Positions 8,141 to 16,808 of a stretch of DNA of 32,000 nucleotides are shown piece after piece. Position 1 is the stretch's first letter. Each line of letters starts with the position of its first letter. The position numbers and the translations under genes are program-made. A model generated the notes under the pieces. The model had not been told where the DNA came from and ran no database searches. It saw only the letters and a list, made by a program, of their open reading frames with translations. Source of the DNA: Candidatus Iainarchaeum sp. (GTDB taxonomy: Archaea > Iainarchaeota > Iainarchaeia > Iainarchaeales > CSSED10-239); contig JBBISB010000002.1 of the NCBI GenBank assembly GCA_037441475.1, forward strand, positions 30,001 to 62,000, in the 5' to 3' direction.

Positions 8141-9766
8141 ATGTCTGATGAAAGAATAATTGAAAATATTAGAAAATTAAAATCATTAGGAATGCCTAAT
8201 AACGAGATTATTGATAACCTTGTAAACATAGGTCTTTCAAAAGAAGAAAGTGAAAAACTAGTCTTAACTTCAAATGAAGAAAAGAAAGAAGAAAAAAGTG
8301 AACTTCAAGAAAAAATTAAAGAAATAAAAGAAAATTCTAAAAAGAAAGATTCAACACAGAAAAAAACAACCACTAAGAAACCAGAAAAAGAAGAAATACC
8401 AGATGATTTCTTTGCAGAAGAATCTGAAGAGATAATTGACGAGTCTATGTCTGATGACTTAGATGATGATTTTGATATAACAACCTCAAAAAAGCTTAAT
8501 AGCCTTAAGAACATATCTTCAAAGAAAAAAGATGATGAAGAGATGGATTTTACTATAGATTTAAAGAGCAATGTTAAAGAAGATAGTGAGCTTTATAAAA
8601 AGTATGAAGCAGAAGCACAAGATGAAATTTATAAAAAATACACACAAATAACTACTGAACCGTCCTCTACAAATGTAAATACAGAGGAAGTATGGCAAAA
8701 AGGTTTAGTTACAACCATTAACTCAAAATTAACTGAACTTGAAAATAAACAAAAGGCAATTGAAGACTTATTAAAATTAAAAATAGATAATGAAGTAGAT
8801 AATATTAAAAAATTCCAAGAAACTACAAAAAAAGAAATTACAACAAACACAAGTAAAGTTATTTCTGGAGAGTTTGATAAACTAAATACAAAGATTATTA
8901 CTGAAATGGCAAAACTAAAGATTGTAGAAGCAAAGACAAATAATAAACTACAAGCAATTGATCAAGATAAAAATAAAATTTTAGAACTTTCAAAAGAGTT
9001 TGAAGCACTTAAAAAAGATCTAAAGGATAATATTTTAGAAACAAAGAAAAGAACAGCCGCTATAATATCAGGAACTGAAGAAAACATTACAAAGATAATT
9101 ACAACAATGACTGTTAAGTTAAATGAAAAGATGAAAGAGATAAACAGTACTCTTGCACTTCAATCAAAGATAACTGAAGGACTTGTTAAAAACACACAAA
9201 CAACCATTGTTAATGAAATTAAAAAATTAAATCAATTTCAAAATGATATTAAATCACAGATAGACCCTAAAAGAATCTATGATAAGATAAATGAACTTGA
9301 AGAGTATAAGATAAAGCTTGCTCATAGATATGAAGAAAGATTTGAAAAAGTAAAAACTGAATTTTTACAAAAAGCAAAGGTAGCTATAAAAGTTGAAATT
9401 GAAAATGAACTTAAGGAACTTAAAACTATTAAAGCAGAAATTGTTTCAAAAACAGATCCTGCAAAAATAGAAAAGAAGCTTGAAGAGTTAAGAAAGCTTG
9501 AAGAAGATGTTATAAATTCAGTTGATACAAAAATAGAACAATCCCTTAAAATATACCAGGCATCCATAACTAAGGAATTTAAGGATAAGATGGTAGAGAT
9601 TGAAAACTATAAAAACTCTTTAGAAAAAAGTAAAGACCTTCAAAGAGATCTTGAAGATAAAGTCAAAGAGATTGATAGATTCAAAAAACAATTTATTGCT
9701 GTTATTGATGAAAATATTGAAAAAATGAACCAAAATATGAATATCTTACTACAACAAAAAAAATAA
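8141..9766 (+). CDS. Long coiled-coil protein with a small UBA-like N-terminal helical domain and an acidic/Lys-rich linker
   Basis: 541 aa. The N-terminus is IRKLKSLGMPNNEIIDNLVNIGLSKEESEKLV. A K/E/D low-complexity stretch follows, then about 350 aa of heptad-like K/E/I/L-rich sequence. It starts 9 nt after adk. No family recognised. Confidence 0.6.
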   Translation: MSDERIIENIRKLKSLGMPNNEIIDNLVNIGLSKEESEKLVLTSNEEKKEEKSELQEKIKEIKENSKKKDSTQKKTTTKKPEKEEIPDDFFAEESEEIIDESMSDDLDDDFDITTSKKLNSLKNISSKKKDDEEMDFTIDLKSNVKEDSELYKKYEAEAQDEIYKKYTQITTEPSSTNVNTEEVWQKGLVTTINSKLTELENKQKAIEDLLKLKIDNEVDNIKKFQETTKKEITTNTSKVISGEFDKLNTKIITEMAKLKIVEAKTNNKLQAIDQDKNKILELSKEFEALKKDLKDNILETKKRTAAIISGTEENITKIITTMTVKLNEKMKEINSTLALQSKITEGLVKNTQTTIVNEIKKLNQFQNDIKSQIDPKRIYDKINELEEYKIKLAHRYEERFEKVKTEFLQKAKVAIKVEIENELKELKTIKAEIVSKTDPAKIEKKLEELRKLEEDVINSVDTKIEQSLKIYQASITKEFKDKMVEIENYKNSLEKSKDLQRDLEDKVKEIDRFKKQFIAVIDENIEKMNQNMNILLQQKK

Positions 9767-9788
9767 AAAAAAGGATGTTAGAAAAAAA

Positions 9789-11612
9789 TTAATTTCTAAC
9801 ATAATTTTTATGCTTTGTTCTAATTACTCCTGTTGCAAGTAAAACTATTAAAAGTAAAGCTAAAAAGATTATTCCAAGCATAATAGATTTACCTAAAGTG
9901 AAAAAACCTGTAATTGGGATTTTTCCTTCATCCTCATACTCTACTTGAGCATCTGTTACTTTTAAAAGAACAGGTTTTGATAAAATTGCACCAGAGTTAC
10001 TGTAAAAGATTATATTTGCATTATACTCTTGAACAGGTATATTACCAACAATTATCTTTCCTGAAATTGTTCTTGATGTCTTTGAAGGGATGTATGTATA
10101 TTGAGTAAGCTCATAACTTACATCTTGACCTAAACCAGTTATATCTATTCTTGAAATAACTATGTCTCTATCATCAAAGTTATAAACCTCAAAGGAAAAA
10201 TTCTTTGTTCCGTTTACATCTACTGAAAGCTCAGTTGGGAAAGATAAAAAGTCTATCTTAAAGATATCTCTTTGTCTAAAAGTTATAACATCTAGATTAA
10301 ATCTTTTTGAATAATCGTTTGAAGAGTTTCTTGCAATTAAAGAAATTTGACTATTCTTTTCTAAGGTATTAACACCAGCAGAGATATTGAAGGAAACAGT
10401 TGTCTTTGTATGTGGGGAAACTGTTACTCTCTCTGTCATATTGTTTACCTTTATGTCGTTTGATAAATCAAAGTCAAAGTAAATTGTTTCTAAAACATCA
10501 CCATTATTCTCAATAACAGCTGTTATGTTATATGTCTTACCAATCTCTAAAAGAACAGAAGACTGTAAAAGTCTTAATTCAAGATTACTTTCAGGAGAAA
10601 GTAAAAACTTTAAGTTTCTTGTAACTGTTGTTCTTTCATCAAAGAAGGAAAGATTTACAGGGTAATCACCAGACTTAATATCCTTTGAAGCATAGAAGGT
10701 TAAAGTAACTTCCTTTACTTCACCAGGAGAAAGTCTTAACTCTCTGTTTGAAAAAGTAATATCTAAGATGTTCTGTGACTCTTGAGATATAAAGATATGT
10801 TTATTTTTATTTGAGATGTTTTTAACAGTATACTTTAAAGTGTAAAGTACTTCTTTTTTAAGAACATGTGTGGTTGCTTGTCCACCTGTAACTGTAAAGT
10901 CGGGTTTTAAAACCTCTTGACATTCTGAAACATAGACATTAAATACTTTTTTTGAAACTAAAATATCGTTTGATATATTTAAGGTTATTTTATGACTACC
11001 AGTTGATGAGTTAAAAGTTTCGATCTGTAAAGGAATCTCAACATCATCCTTTAAATATTTTTGATTTGACCCCTTGATGTTTGCAACAATAGTATCGCTT
11101 GATAAAGAAAGGTTATAGAAACCATTTGAAGAGACGTCATCAAAAATTAAAGCTACTTCTTGAGAAGAGTTGTTACAGTAAGAGTATCTTGATAAATCAA
11201 CTTCAAACTTACCATCATCTGTTTGATCATCAACATCTATCCTTAGTAAATAATTTTTAATATCATTTGTTTTCATGTCCTTTACATAAAACTTAATGTT
11301 TGAAGAACCATCATCAATTGCTTGAACAGTAAATGAACTTTGAATAGATGAATATGCATTTAACTTAAAAGTTCTTGAAAAATCACATATAAGTTCATCC
11401 TCATCACACTCAGTGTAGACAAGGATGTCCTGTATTGAACTGTTGTTATTCTCTAAGGTATAGTTTATCTTTAAAGAACCATTATCCATCATAGAGTAAC
11501 TTGTTTTTTCAAAATTAACGTTAATAAGATCTATTGGTGCTGCAAATAGAGTAGCACTGAAAAATGCTAAAACTATTAGAACAATCCCAAATACTATATA
11601 TTTTTTATTCAT
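9789..11612 (-). CDS. Large cell-surface protein: signal peptide, repeated beta-sandwich (CARDB/NEW3-like) modules, C-terminal TM anchor
   Basis: N-terminal hydrophobic segment KKYIVFGIVLIVLAFFSATLFA. Repeated segments of the type LRLSPGEVKEVTLTFYASKDIKSGDYPVNLSF. Many N-x-S/T sequons. The C-terminus is TGFFTLGKSIMLGIIFLALLLIVLLATGVIRTKHK. Confidence 0.6.
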   Translation of the reverse strand: MNKKYIVFGIVLIVLAFFSATLFAAPIDLINVNFEKTSYSMMDNGSLKINYTLENNNSSIQDILVYTECDEDELICDFSRTFKLNAYSSIQSSFTVQAIDDGSSNIKFYVKDMKTNDIKNYLLRIDVDDQTDDGKFEVDLSRYSYCNNSSQEVALIFDDVSSNGFYNLSLSSDTIVANIKGSNQKYLKDDVEIPLQIETFNSSTGSHKITLNISNDILVSKKVFNVYVSECQEVLKPDFTVTGGQATTHVLKKEVLYTLKYTVKNISNKNKHIFISQESQNILDITFSNRELRLSPGEVKEVTLTFYASKDIKSGDYPVNLSFFDERTTVTRNLKFLLSPESNLELRLLQSSVLLEIGKTYNITAVIENNGDVLETIYFDFDLSNDIKVNNMTERVTVSPHTKTTVSFNISAGVNTLEKNSQISLIARNSSNDYSKRFNLDVITFRQRDIFKIDFLSFPTELSVDVNGTKNFSFEVYNFDDRDIVISRIDITGLGQDVSYELTQYTYIPSKTSRTISGKIIVGNIPVQEYNANIIFYSNSGAILSKPVLLKVTDAQVEYEDEGKIPITGFFTLGKSIMLGIIFLALLLIVLLATGVIRTKHKNYVRN

Positions 11613-11664
11613 AAATAATCATTTTCCTTTTTTATCTATTTTTAGAAATTTAATATAAACACTA

Positions 11665-12483
11665 TTAATTTATTTTCCTATGAACATGTCTTAAGTATCT
11701 TGTAGCAAAAGACAAAACTAAGATTATTAAAAGAACAACTAAAAGAATCTTGAAGTAAACTGACTCTATAAAGTTATCTGCCCAGTTAAGGGAGATGTAA
11801 CCAGACATTTTAACTGGTTTTTTAACTTCAATCTCTTTGTTTAAAATAACATTATTACAGCTGTATTTTATGTTAAGAAGATTATCATTTACAGAAACAA
11901 CTGTTTCGTAAGAAAAATCACTTTTACCTAAAACAACAACTTCTTTTTCTTCAGAAAAAGAAGAGCCTTTAATCTCTTTAATGGTTACTGCTTCTTGAGA
12001 ATTATTAGGGTTTTTAAATAACATTTTAAGAGAATAGTTGTTTCCCTCTAGATACTCATAAGAAACATCTAAAGAAACATCACATTTTTTATTAAAAGCT
12101 TGCTCTATTGTAAAGTATTCAACATATCTATGGTTTGCAAAAGAAGTTTCAAGGCTTGCTGTGTATAAAACACCTGTTGAGTCTTCTATTGGAAAAATCT
12201 TGTATTTAACTGTTTTATATTCGTTTGCTGGTATAAACACCTTTTCAGTAGAAAGTTCTGACTTGAAAGGAGAAGTATTAAGTTTAAGTGTGAAGTATAC
12301 ACCTTCGTTTAAAAAATTATAAAGAACAACCTCTTTTTCAACAGCTTTATCTGTTAAGTAGACGTTTTTTGAAAGAGAAACAACAGAATTTGCTCCTTGA
12401 AGGGATGATGAGAAAACTAAAGTTATGATTAATGAGGCTAATATAAAAACCATTAGATTTCTTATATATAATTTCATATTCAT
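11665..12483 (-). CDS. Cell-surface protein with signal peptide and C-terminal TM anchor plus basic tail
   Basis: N-terminal hydrophobic segment LMVFILASLIITLVFSS and C-terminal FKILLVVLLIILVLSFATRYLRHVHRKIN. Same strand and architecture as the neighbouring 607-aa gene. Confidence 0.55.
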   Translation of the reverse strand: MNMKLYIRNLMVFILASLIITLVFSSSLQGANSVVSLSKNVYLTDKAVEKEVVLYNFLNEGVYFTLKLNTSPFKSELSTEKVFIPANEYKTVKYKIFPIEDSTGVLYTASLETSFANHRYVEYFTIEQAFNKKCDVSLDVSYEYLEGNNYSLKMLFKNPNNSQEAVTIKEIKGSSFSEEKEVVVLGKSDFSYETVVSVNDNLLNIKYSCNNVILNKEIEVKKPVKMSGYISLNWADNFIESVYFKILLVVLLIILVLSFATRYLRHVHRKIN

Positions 12484-12714
12484 AAACTCTCCTTATTTTT
12501 TTTAATTAATAAAAATTATTTTTGTAAAAGAACATTTTTTTGTAAACTTAAAAGAAAAAAACCTTTTAAAAAAACTTGGCATAAAAGAAAGGTAGGTGAG
12601 ATGATCTTTTGTAAATAAAAGATTAACTTATTAACTGTAAGATATTTGTTTATTATATATCTTAAGAAGAAAAAGATTTATAAAGGAATCTAATTATTAT
12701 GTATAGTTAAATAA

Positions 12715-13056
12715 TTACTTATATTTAAATATTTTATTATATTCCTTATGATCAGTAACAGATATTAAAAAAATTATTAACTCAGTACTTTCAGGACCAT
12801 TTCTTAAAGTATAAAGAAGCCTCCAAAAAAGAGGTAACTTAACCCTATAAAGATTATTAATTCCATATTTATTAATATAAATAATAGGAATTTTATTTTT
12901 TGAAATTAGATCTCAAAATTGAGGATTCTCTTTTAATAAGTTTATTTTATATTCAATAGATTTAGATAATATTAAATCATTCTTAACAGAACTAGATTTT
13001 AGCAAATTATAAACCTTTAAAGCATCCTGTGAAAAAATAACTTTAACATCTCTCAT
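12715..13056 (-). pseudogene. RelE/ParE-superfamily toxin gene interrupted by one in-frame TGA (codon 48)
   Basis: Hand translation: MRDVKVIFSQDALKVYNLLKSSSVKNDLILSKSIEYKINLLKENPQF*DLISKNKIPIIYINKYGINNLYRVKLPLFWRLLYTLRNGPESTELIIFLISVTDHKEYNKIFKYK. The NLYRVKL...WRLLYTL...HKEY pattern is RelE/ParE-like. The TGA is at 12913-12915. The ATG overlaps the upstream stop (ATGA, 13053-13056). Confidence 0.55.
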
Positions 13057-13364
13057 ATTTCCTTACCTTTCTTAATCTGCTGATCAAGTTTTTTATTTTT
13101 ATTGTAAATCCAGGTTATTCCTTTAATACCAACATATATCTTATTACTATTTTCTAGATATTCAAGAATATTTCTTAAAGTATAATGATTCACTTTTTTA
13201 GGTAAAGCTCTTTTAATGTCTGAAACTTTAAAAACACTCTCTGGAATTTCTTGTAAAGTCTTTTCAACCATTAAAATTGTATTTAAGGTTGGAGAGTAAA
13301 TTAATTCAGTTGATTTAAGCTTAGATGTTTTTGGTTTATTTTTAGAAGTAATTGTATATTTCAT
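13053..13364 (-). CDS. Small putative winged-helix DNA-binding protein, candidate antitoxin/regulator of the downstream RelE-like gene
   Basis: 103 aa, ending in a TGA that overlaps the toxin ATG by 4 nt. The C-terminal half (VSDIKRALPKKVNHYTLRNILEYLENSNKIYVGIKGITWIY) looks like a winged helix. No family recognised. Confidence 0.4.
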   Translation of the reverse strand: MKYTITSKNKPKTSKLKSTELIYSPTLNTILMVEKTLQEIPESVFKVSDIKRALPKKVNHYTLRNILEYLENSNKIYVGIKGITWIYNKNKKLDQQIKKGKEI

Positions 13365-13463
13365 ATCTAATCAATAATTAAAAGTTATTTTTTAATAACT
13401 ATTATATACTTAGAAATATTTAAAAATAGATGTTTTATTTGGTTTTAAAAAAAACCTTAAAGT

Positions 13464-16400
13464 TCATTTAAGATTTAAACCAATAATAGAAGTATGCTCT
13501 TTTAAAGTAACACCAATAATCTGGTCTGCACCAGAAACAAAGGCACCATTGTGAGAGACAGAAACAATTGTGGTTTCCTTTGCAAGCTCTTTTATAAAAT
13601 TAAGAAGAGTTAAGGCATTTATATCATCTAAAGCAGCATCAACCTCATCTAAGATATAGAAAGGAGCTCTTTTATAAGCATAGAGAGAAAAGATAAAGGC
13701 CAAGGCTGTTATTGTCTTTTCTCCACCAGACATAATATCAATATCCTTTGTTTTACCGTTCTTTGTAATATTAATTAAAAGCTTACTCTCTAATGGATTT
13801 GCACCTTCTAAGACAAGCTCACCAGATAAAAGCTTTGACATTTTTTTAATAATATCCTTAAACTCTTTGTTTATCTTATTAAAGCAATCTATAAAGACAG
13901 TTTGTTTTTTCATGTTAATCTCGTTTAACATGTTTTCAACTTCATCTTTTTCTTTTAAAAGAACAGTGCATTTTTCTAAAATCTCATCATACTCTTTTGC
14001 AAGCTTATCATAGGAATCAATAGCATTGAAGTTTATGTTACCTAAGGAGTTTTTATCTCTTTTAACTTTCCTTAACTCAGAGTTGATTTCCTCAAAGGAG
14101 ATATCCTCGATTAATACCATGTCCTCTTTTTTAATATCCATAAGCTTTAGGTTCTGCTCAACTTGGTTTGCTTTACTTTGGTTTGTTGAGATCATTATTC
14201 TTATGTTGTTTAAAGAAAGATTAAGGTCAGAGCTGTCAGTATCATAGAGATAGATGTTTTGAGAAATTTCAGTTATTCTTTTTGTAATCTCTTGCTTTTC
14301 TGTGTAAAGTTTATTTTTCTTTAGGTCTTGCTCTTCAAAGTCCTTTGAGATTTTTAAAAGTCTATTATCAACATCTTGTTTCTTATCTTCAAGCTTTGTA
14401 ATCTCTTCTTTAATCTCTTTTAATTTTTCTAAGTTTCTATTAATGTATTCTTTTTTATTAAGTATCTTTTCCTCTAAGATTCTTTCATCTGAGGACTTAG
14501 AAATTAAACTTTGCTCTAAAAGATTAATCTCAGCTAAAAGATCATCATACTCGTTTCTTAAGGTGTCGTTTATACTTACGTTAAACTTCTTAAGCTTATG
14601 CTCAAGCTCTTCTTTCTTTAAAGAAACCTCTTTAATTTCAGTTTCAAGAGAAGATATTTCCTTTTCTGTTTTGGAAATATCACCAGTTACTCTTAGGATA
14701 GTGGTTTGATTGGTTTTAGTTAAACTCTCTTCATTTAACTTCTCTGTCAAGTCTTTTTTAATTGCAAGTTTTGTATTGATGTCTATCTTTAAGAGGTTAA
14801 GTTTATCTTTTGATTTTTTAATATCTTGAGATAAAAGATTGTTTTCAGAAATTGTTTTTTCTAAAGACTCTTTACTCTCTCTTAAAAGATTCTCATGCTT
14901 TACAATTTCCTGCTCTAACTTTGTGGTGTCTTTGAAAAGTATTTTTTTAAAAGAAAAACCATCAAAGTAATAGTCCTTAAGGTGAAGGGAAGATGTTTTT
15001 GAATTTAAATTATTTTTAAAGAAGGAAGCAAGTTCTTTTTGTCCAAGATTTAAAGCACTTAAAATAACATAAGATAAATTATAATCACTGGAAGAGATAA
15101 TATGTTTAATGTCAGAATCATTTTCTAAAACAACATAAGATACATAGTAGGACTTCTGCACATCATCTAAGGTAATAACCTCATCTAAAAAACCTTTAAA
15201 GGAAGAATATTTTAATAACTTCTCTTTAATCTCTTTTCTCTTATCACTTATGTTTGCAGAAGAGGATAAGTCTTTTTTAAAAGAGGAAAGATCCATCTTT
15301 AAGTTATTAACTTTAGTTTCAAGTTCTTCTTTTTTAGAAAGATTATCTTCATATAATTTTTCTTTATCCAGACTTAATTTTTCAAGAGAAAAGATTTCTT
15401 TTTCAAGAGAGGATATTTCACTTGTAAGCTCTGTTGATTTTTTGGTGAAAGACTCAACTCTTTGGACGATCTCTTTATTTTGGTTTTCTAAACTTTCTTT
15501 TTGCAGAGAAAAGGCATTAAGTCTACTTTTCTTTTCAAAGAAAAGATCTTGTTTTTCATTTAATGTTTTGTTTTCAAAGGAAAGTTTTTCATAAAGCTCT
15601 TCTTGCATAGCTTTAATCTCCTCAAACTCTCTTTTTGTTTTATCAAGATTAACTTTTAATGACTCTCTTTTGATTTGTTTTTCTGAAATTTTATCCTTAA
15701 TATTTGAAAGTATTATTTTTATATCATCAACAGATTTTTTAAAATAAGATAACTCATCTGTCGCCTTATTGTTTTCAGAGGTTAAATAATTGTGATTGCT
15801 TTTTGCAGAATTAAGATTATTTGTAACAATCTCTTTTGTGGCATTAATCTCTGATAACTGCTTACCAATTGTGGTTTGTACCTTCTCAGAATGAGCTATT
15901 AGTTCTTGGTTTATAATCTCAAGCTTTTCTTCAAAAGACTTTACCTTTAACTTACCTTCTTGCTTTTCAATGGTTAAAAGTTTTAATTTTTCTTCCTTTT
16001 CTTCTAAGTCCACTTGATAGTCGTTAATCTCTTGAGTAAAGGCATCAATTTGTTTTTTATAAAGATTATAGTTAAGCTTATTTTCTTCCTTCTCTAACTG
16101 CTTATACTTGATGGCATTCTCTTTTTCTTCCCTTAACTGTTCAACATAAGGCTTTCTTTCGTTTAAAGCTATGTTTACCTTGTCAAGTCTTTCTTTTACT
16201 TTTTTTAAATTAACTTCAGCTTCTTTTTTTCTAGCATCAAAAAGAGAGATTCCTGAAACATCATCAATAATTGTTCTTCTCTCCTCTGAGTTGAGGTTAA
16301 TTATTTTTGTAACATCTCCTTGCTGAACTGTGTTAAAACCATCTGTGTCTAAACCAAGTTCATTAAGGTATGACATTATCTCGTGAAGAGCTTGTCTTTT

Positions 16401-16712
16401 ACCGTTTAAAGAAAAAATAGATTTCCCTTCTTTATCAATCTCTCTTGAAACTTCAATCTCTTGATCTTCATTTTTTAAAACAGCTCTAACAATTGAAGTG
16501 TTTGATTTTGTGTGGTGGTTTATAAGGTTTGTTAGTTTATCAACCCTTAATCTTTTTAAGGAAGTTGCACCAAAAACAAAAAGAATAGCATCAACAATAT
16601 TACTTTTTCCAGAACCGTTTGGACCAACTATAATATGTAGACCTTTATCAAAGGGAATTTTGGTATACTCAAAGGATTTGAAGTTTTTAATTGAAATTTC
16701 TTTTAATTGCAT
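13464..16712 (-). CDS. smc: SMC chromosome segregation ATPase
   Basis: Walker A GPNGSGKSN at the N-terminus, very long K/E-rich coiled coils, signature MSGGEKT and Walker B FYILDEVDAALD at the C-terminus. 1082 aa, TGA stop. Confidence 0.9.
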   Translation of the reverse strand: MQLKEISIKNFKSFEYTKIPFDKGLHIIVGPNGSGKSNIVDAILFVFGATSLKRLRVDKLTNLINHHTKSNTSIVRAVLKNEDQEIEVSREIDKEGKSIFSLNGKRQALHEIMSYLNELGLDTDGFNTVQQGDVTKIINLNSEERRTIIDDVSGISLFDARKKEAEVNLKKVKERLDKVNIALNERKPYVEQLREEKENAIKYKQLEKEENKLNYNLYKKQIDAFTQEINDYQVDLEEKEEKLKLLTIEKQEGKLKVKSFEEKLEIINQELIAHSEKVQTTIGKQLSEINATKEIVTNNLNSAKSNHNYLTSENNKATDELSYFKKSVDDIKIILSNIKDKISEKQIKRESLKVNLDKTKREFEEIKAMQEELYEKLSFENKTLNEKQDLFFEKKSRLNAFSLQKESLENQNKEIVQRVESFTKKSTELTSEISSLEKEIFSLEKLSLDKEKLYEDNLSKKEELETKVNNLKMDLSSFKKDLSSSANISDKRKEIKEKLLKYSSFKGFLDEVITLDDVQKSYYVSYVVLENDSDIKHIISSSDYNLSYVILSALNLGQKELASFFKNNLNSKTSSLHLKDYYFDGFSFKKILFKDTTKLEQEIVKHENLLRESKESLEKTISENNLLSQDIKKSKDKLNLLKIDINTKLAIKKDLTEKLNEESLTKTNQTTILRVTGDISKTEKEISSLETEIKEVSLKKEELEHKLKKFNVSINDTLRNEYDDLLAEINLLEQSLISKSSDERILEEKILNKKEYINRNLEKLKEIKEEITKLEDKKQDVDNRLLKISKDFEEQDLKKNKLYTEKQEITKRITEISQNIYLYDTDSSDLNLSLNNIRIMISTNQSKANQVEQNLKLMDIKKEDMVLIEDISFEEINSELRKVKRDKNSLGNINFNAIDSYDKLAKEYDEILEKCTVLLKEKDEVENMLNEINMKKQTVFIDCFNKINKEFKDIIKKMSKLLSGELVLEGANPLESKLLINITKNGKTKDIDIMSGGEKTITALAFIFSLYAYKRAPFYILDEVDAALDDINALTLLNFIKELAKETTIVSVSHNGAFVSGADQIIGVTLKEHTSIIGLNLK

Positions 16713-16808
16713 TAATAATCAGTATTTATAAGCATATTATAAGTTTTATACTAAAATATATTATACCAAAATATATTTAAATGCTACAATTAAAAAAAAA
16801 GAAAAAAA

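Noticed and set aside
1308-10108. Other short track ORFs that overlap annotated genes antisense or out of frame (1308-1619, 3634-3930, 4120-4437, 6242-6496, 7603-7791, 8038-8229, 8305-8571, 8629-8850, 9322-9567, 9914-10108). The same applies to 17002-17262, 17650-17835, 25371-25589, 26275-26538 and 27200-27550
   Set aside because: Each lies inside a longer ORF with recognisable motifs or a coherent architecture. None has an SD or recognisable motifs.
12590-12640. Strong SD-like AAAGGTAGGTGAG followed by ATG in the 12.5-12.7 kb spacer
   Set aside because: The ORF is only 5 codons (MIFCK*). It could be a leader peptide, but nothing supports that.
12913-12915. In-frame TGA in the RelE-like gene as evidence for a TGA=Gly (code 25-like) or TGA=Trp genetic code
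   Set aside because: TGA terminates smc (13464-13466) at a normal C-terminus. It also ends three other ORFs in start/stop-overlap contexts (13053, 26465, 27660). The gene content is archaeal, not SR1/Gracilibacteria-like. Global recoding is therefore unlikely.
14026-16731. Antisense ORFs inside smc (14026-14247, 14443-14709, 15250-15594, 16498-16731)
   Set aside because: These are shadow frames of K/E-rich coiled-coil coding sequence. They translate to S/F/L-rich low-complexity peptides, whereas smc itself has unambiguous motifs.
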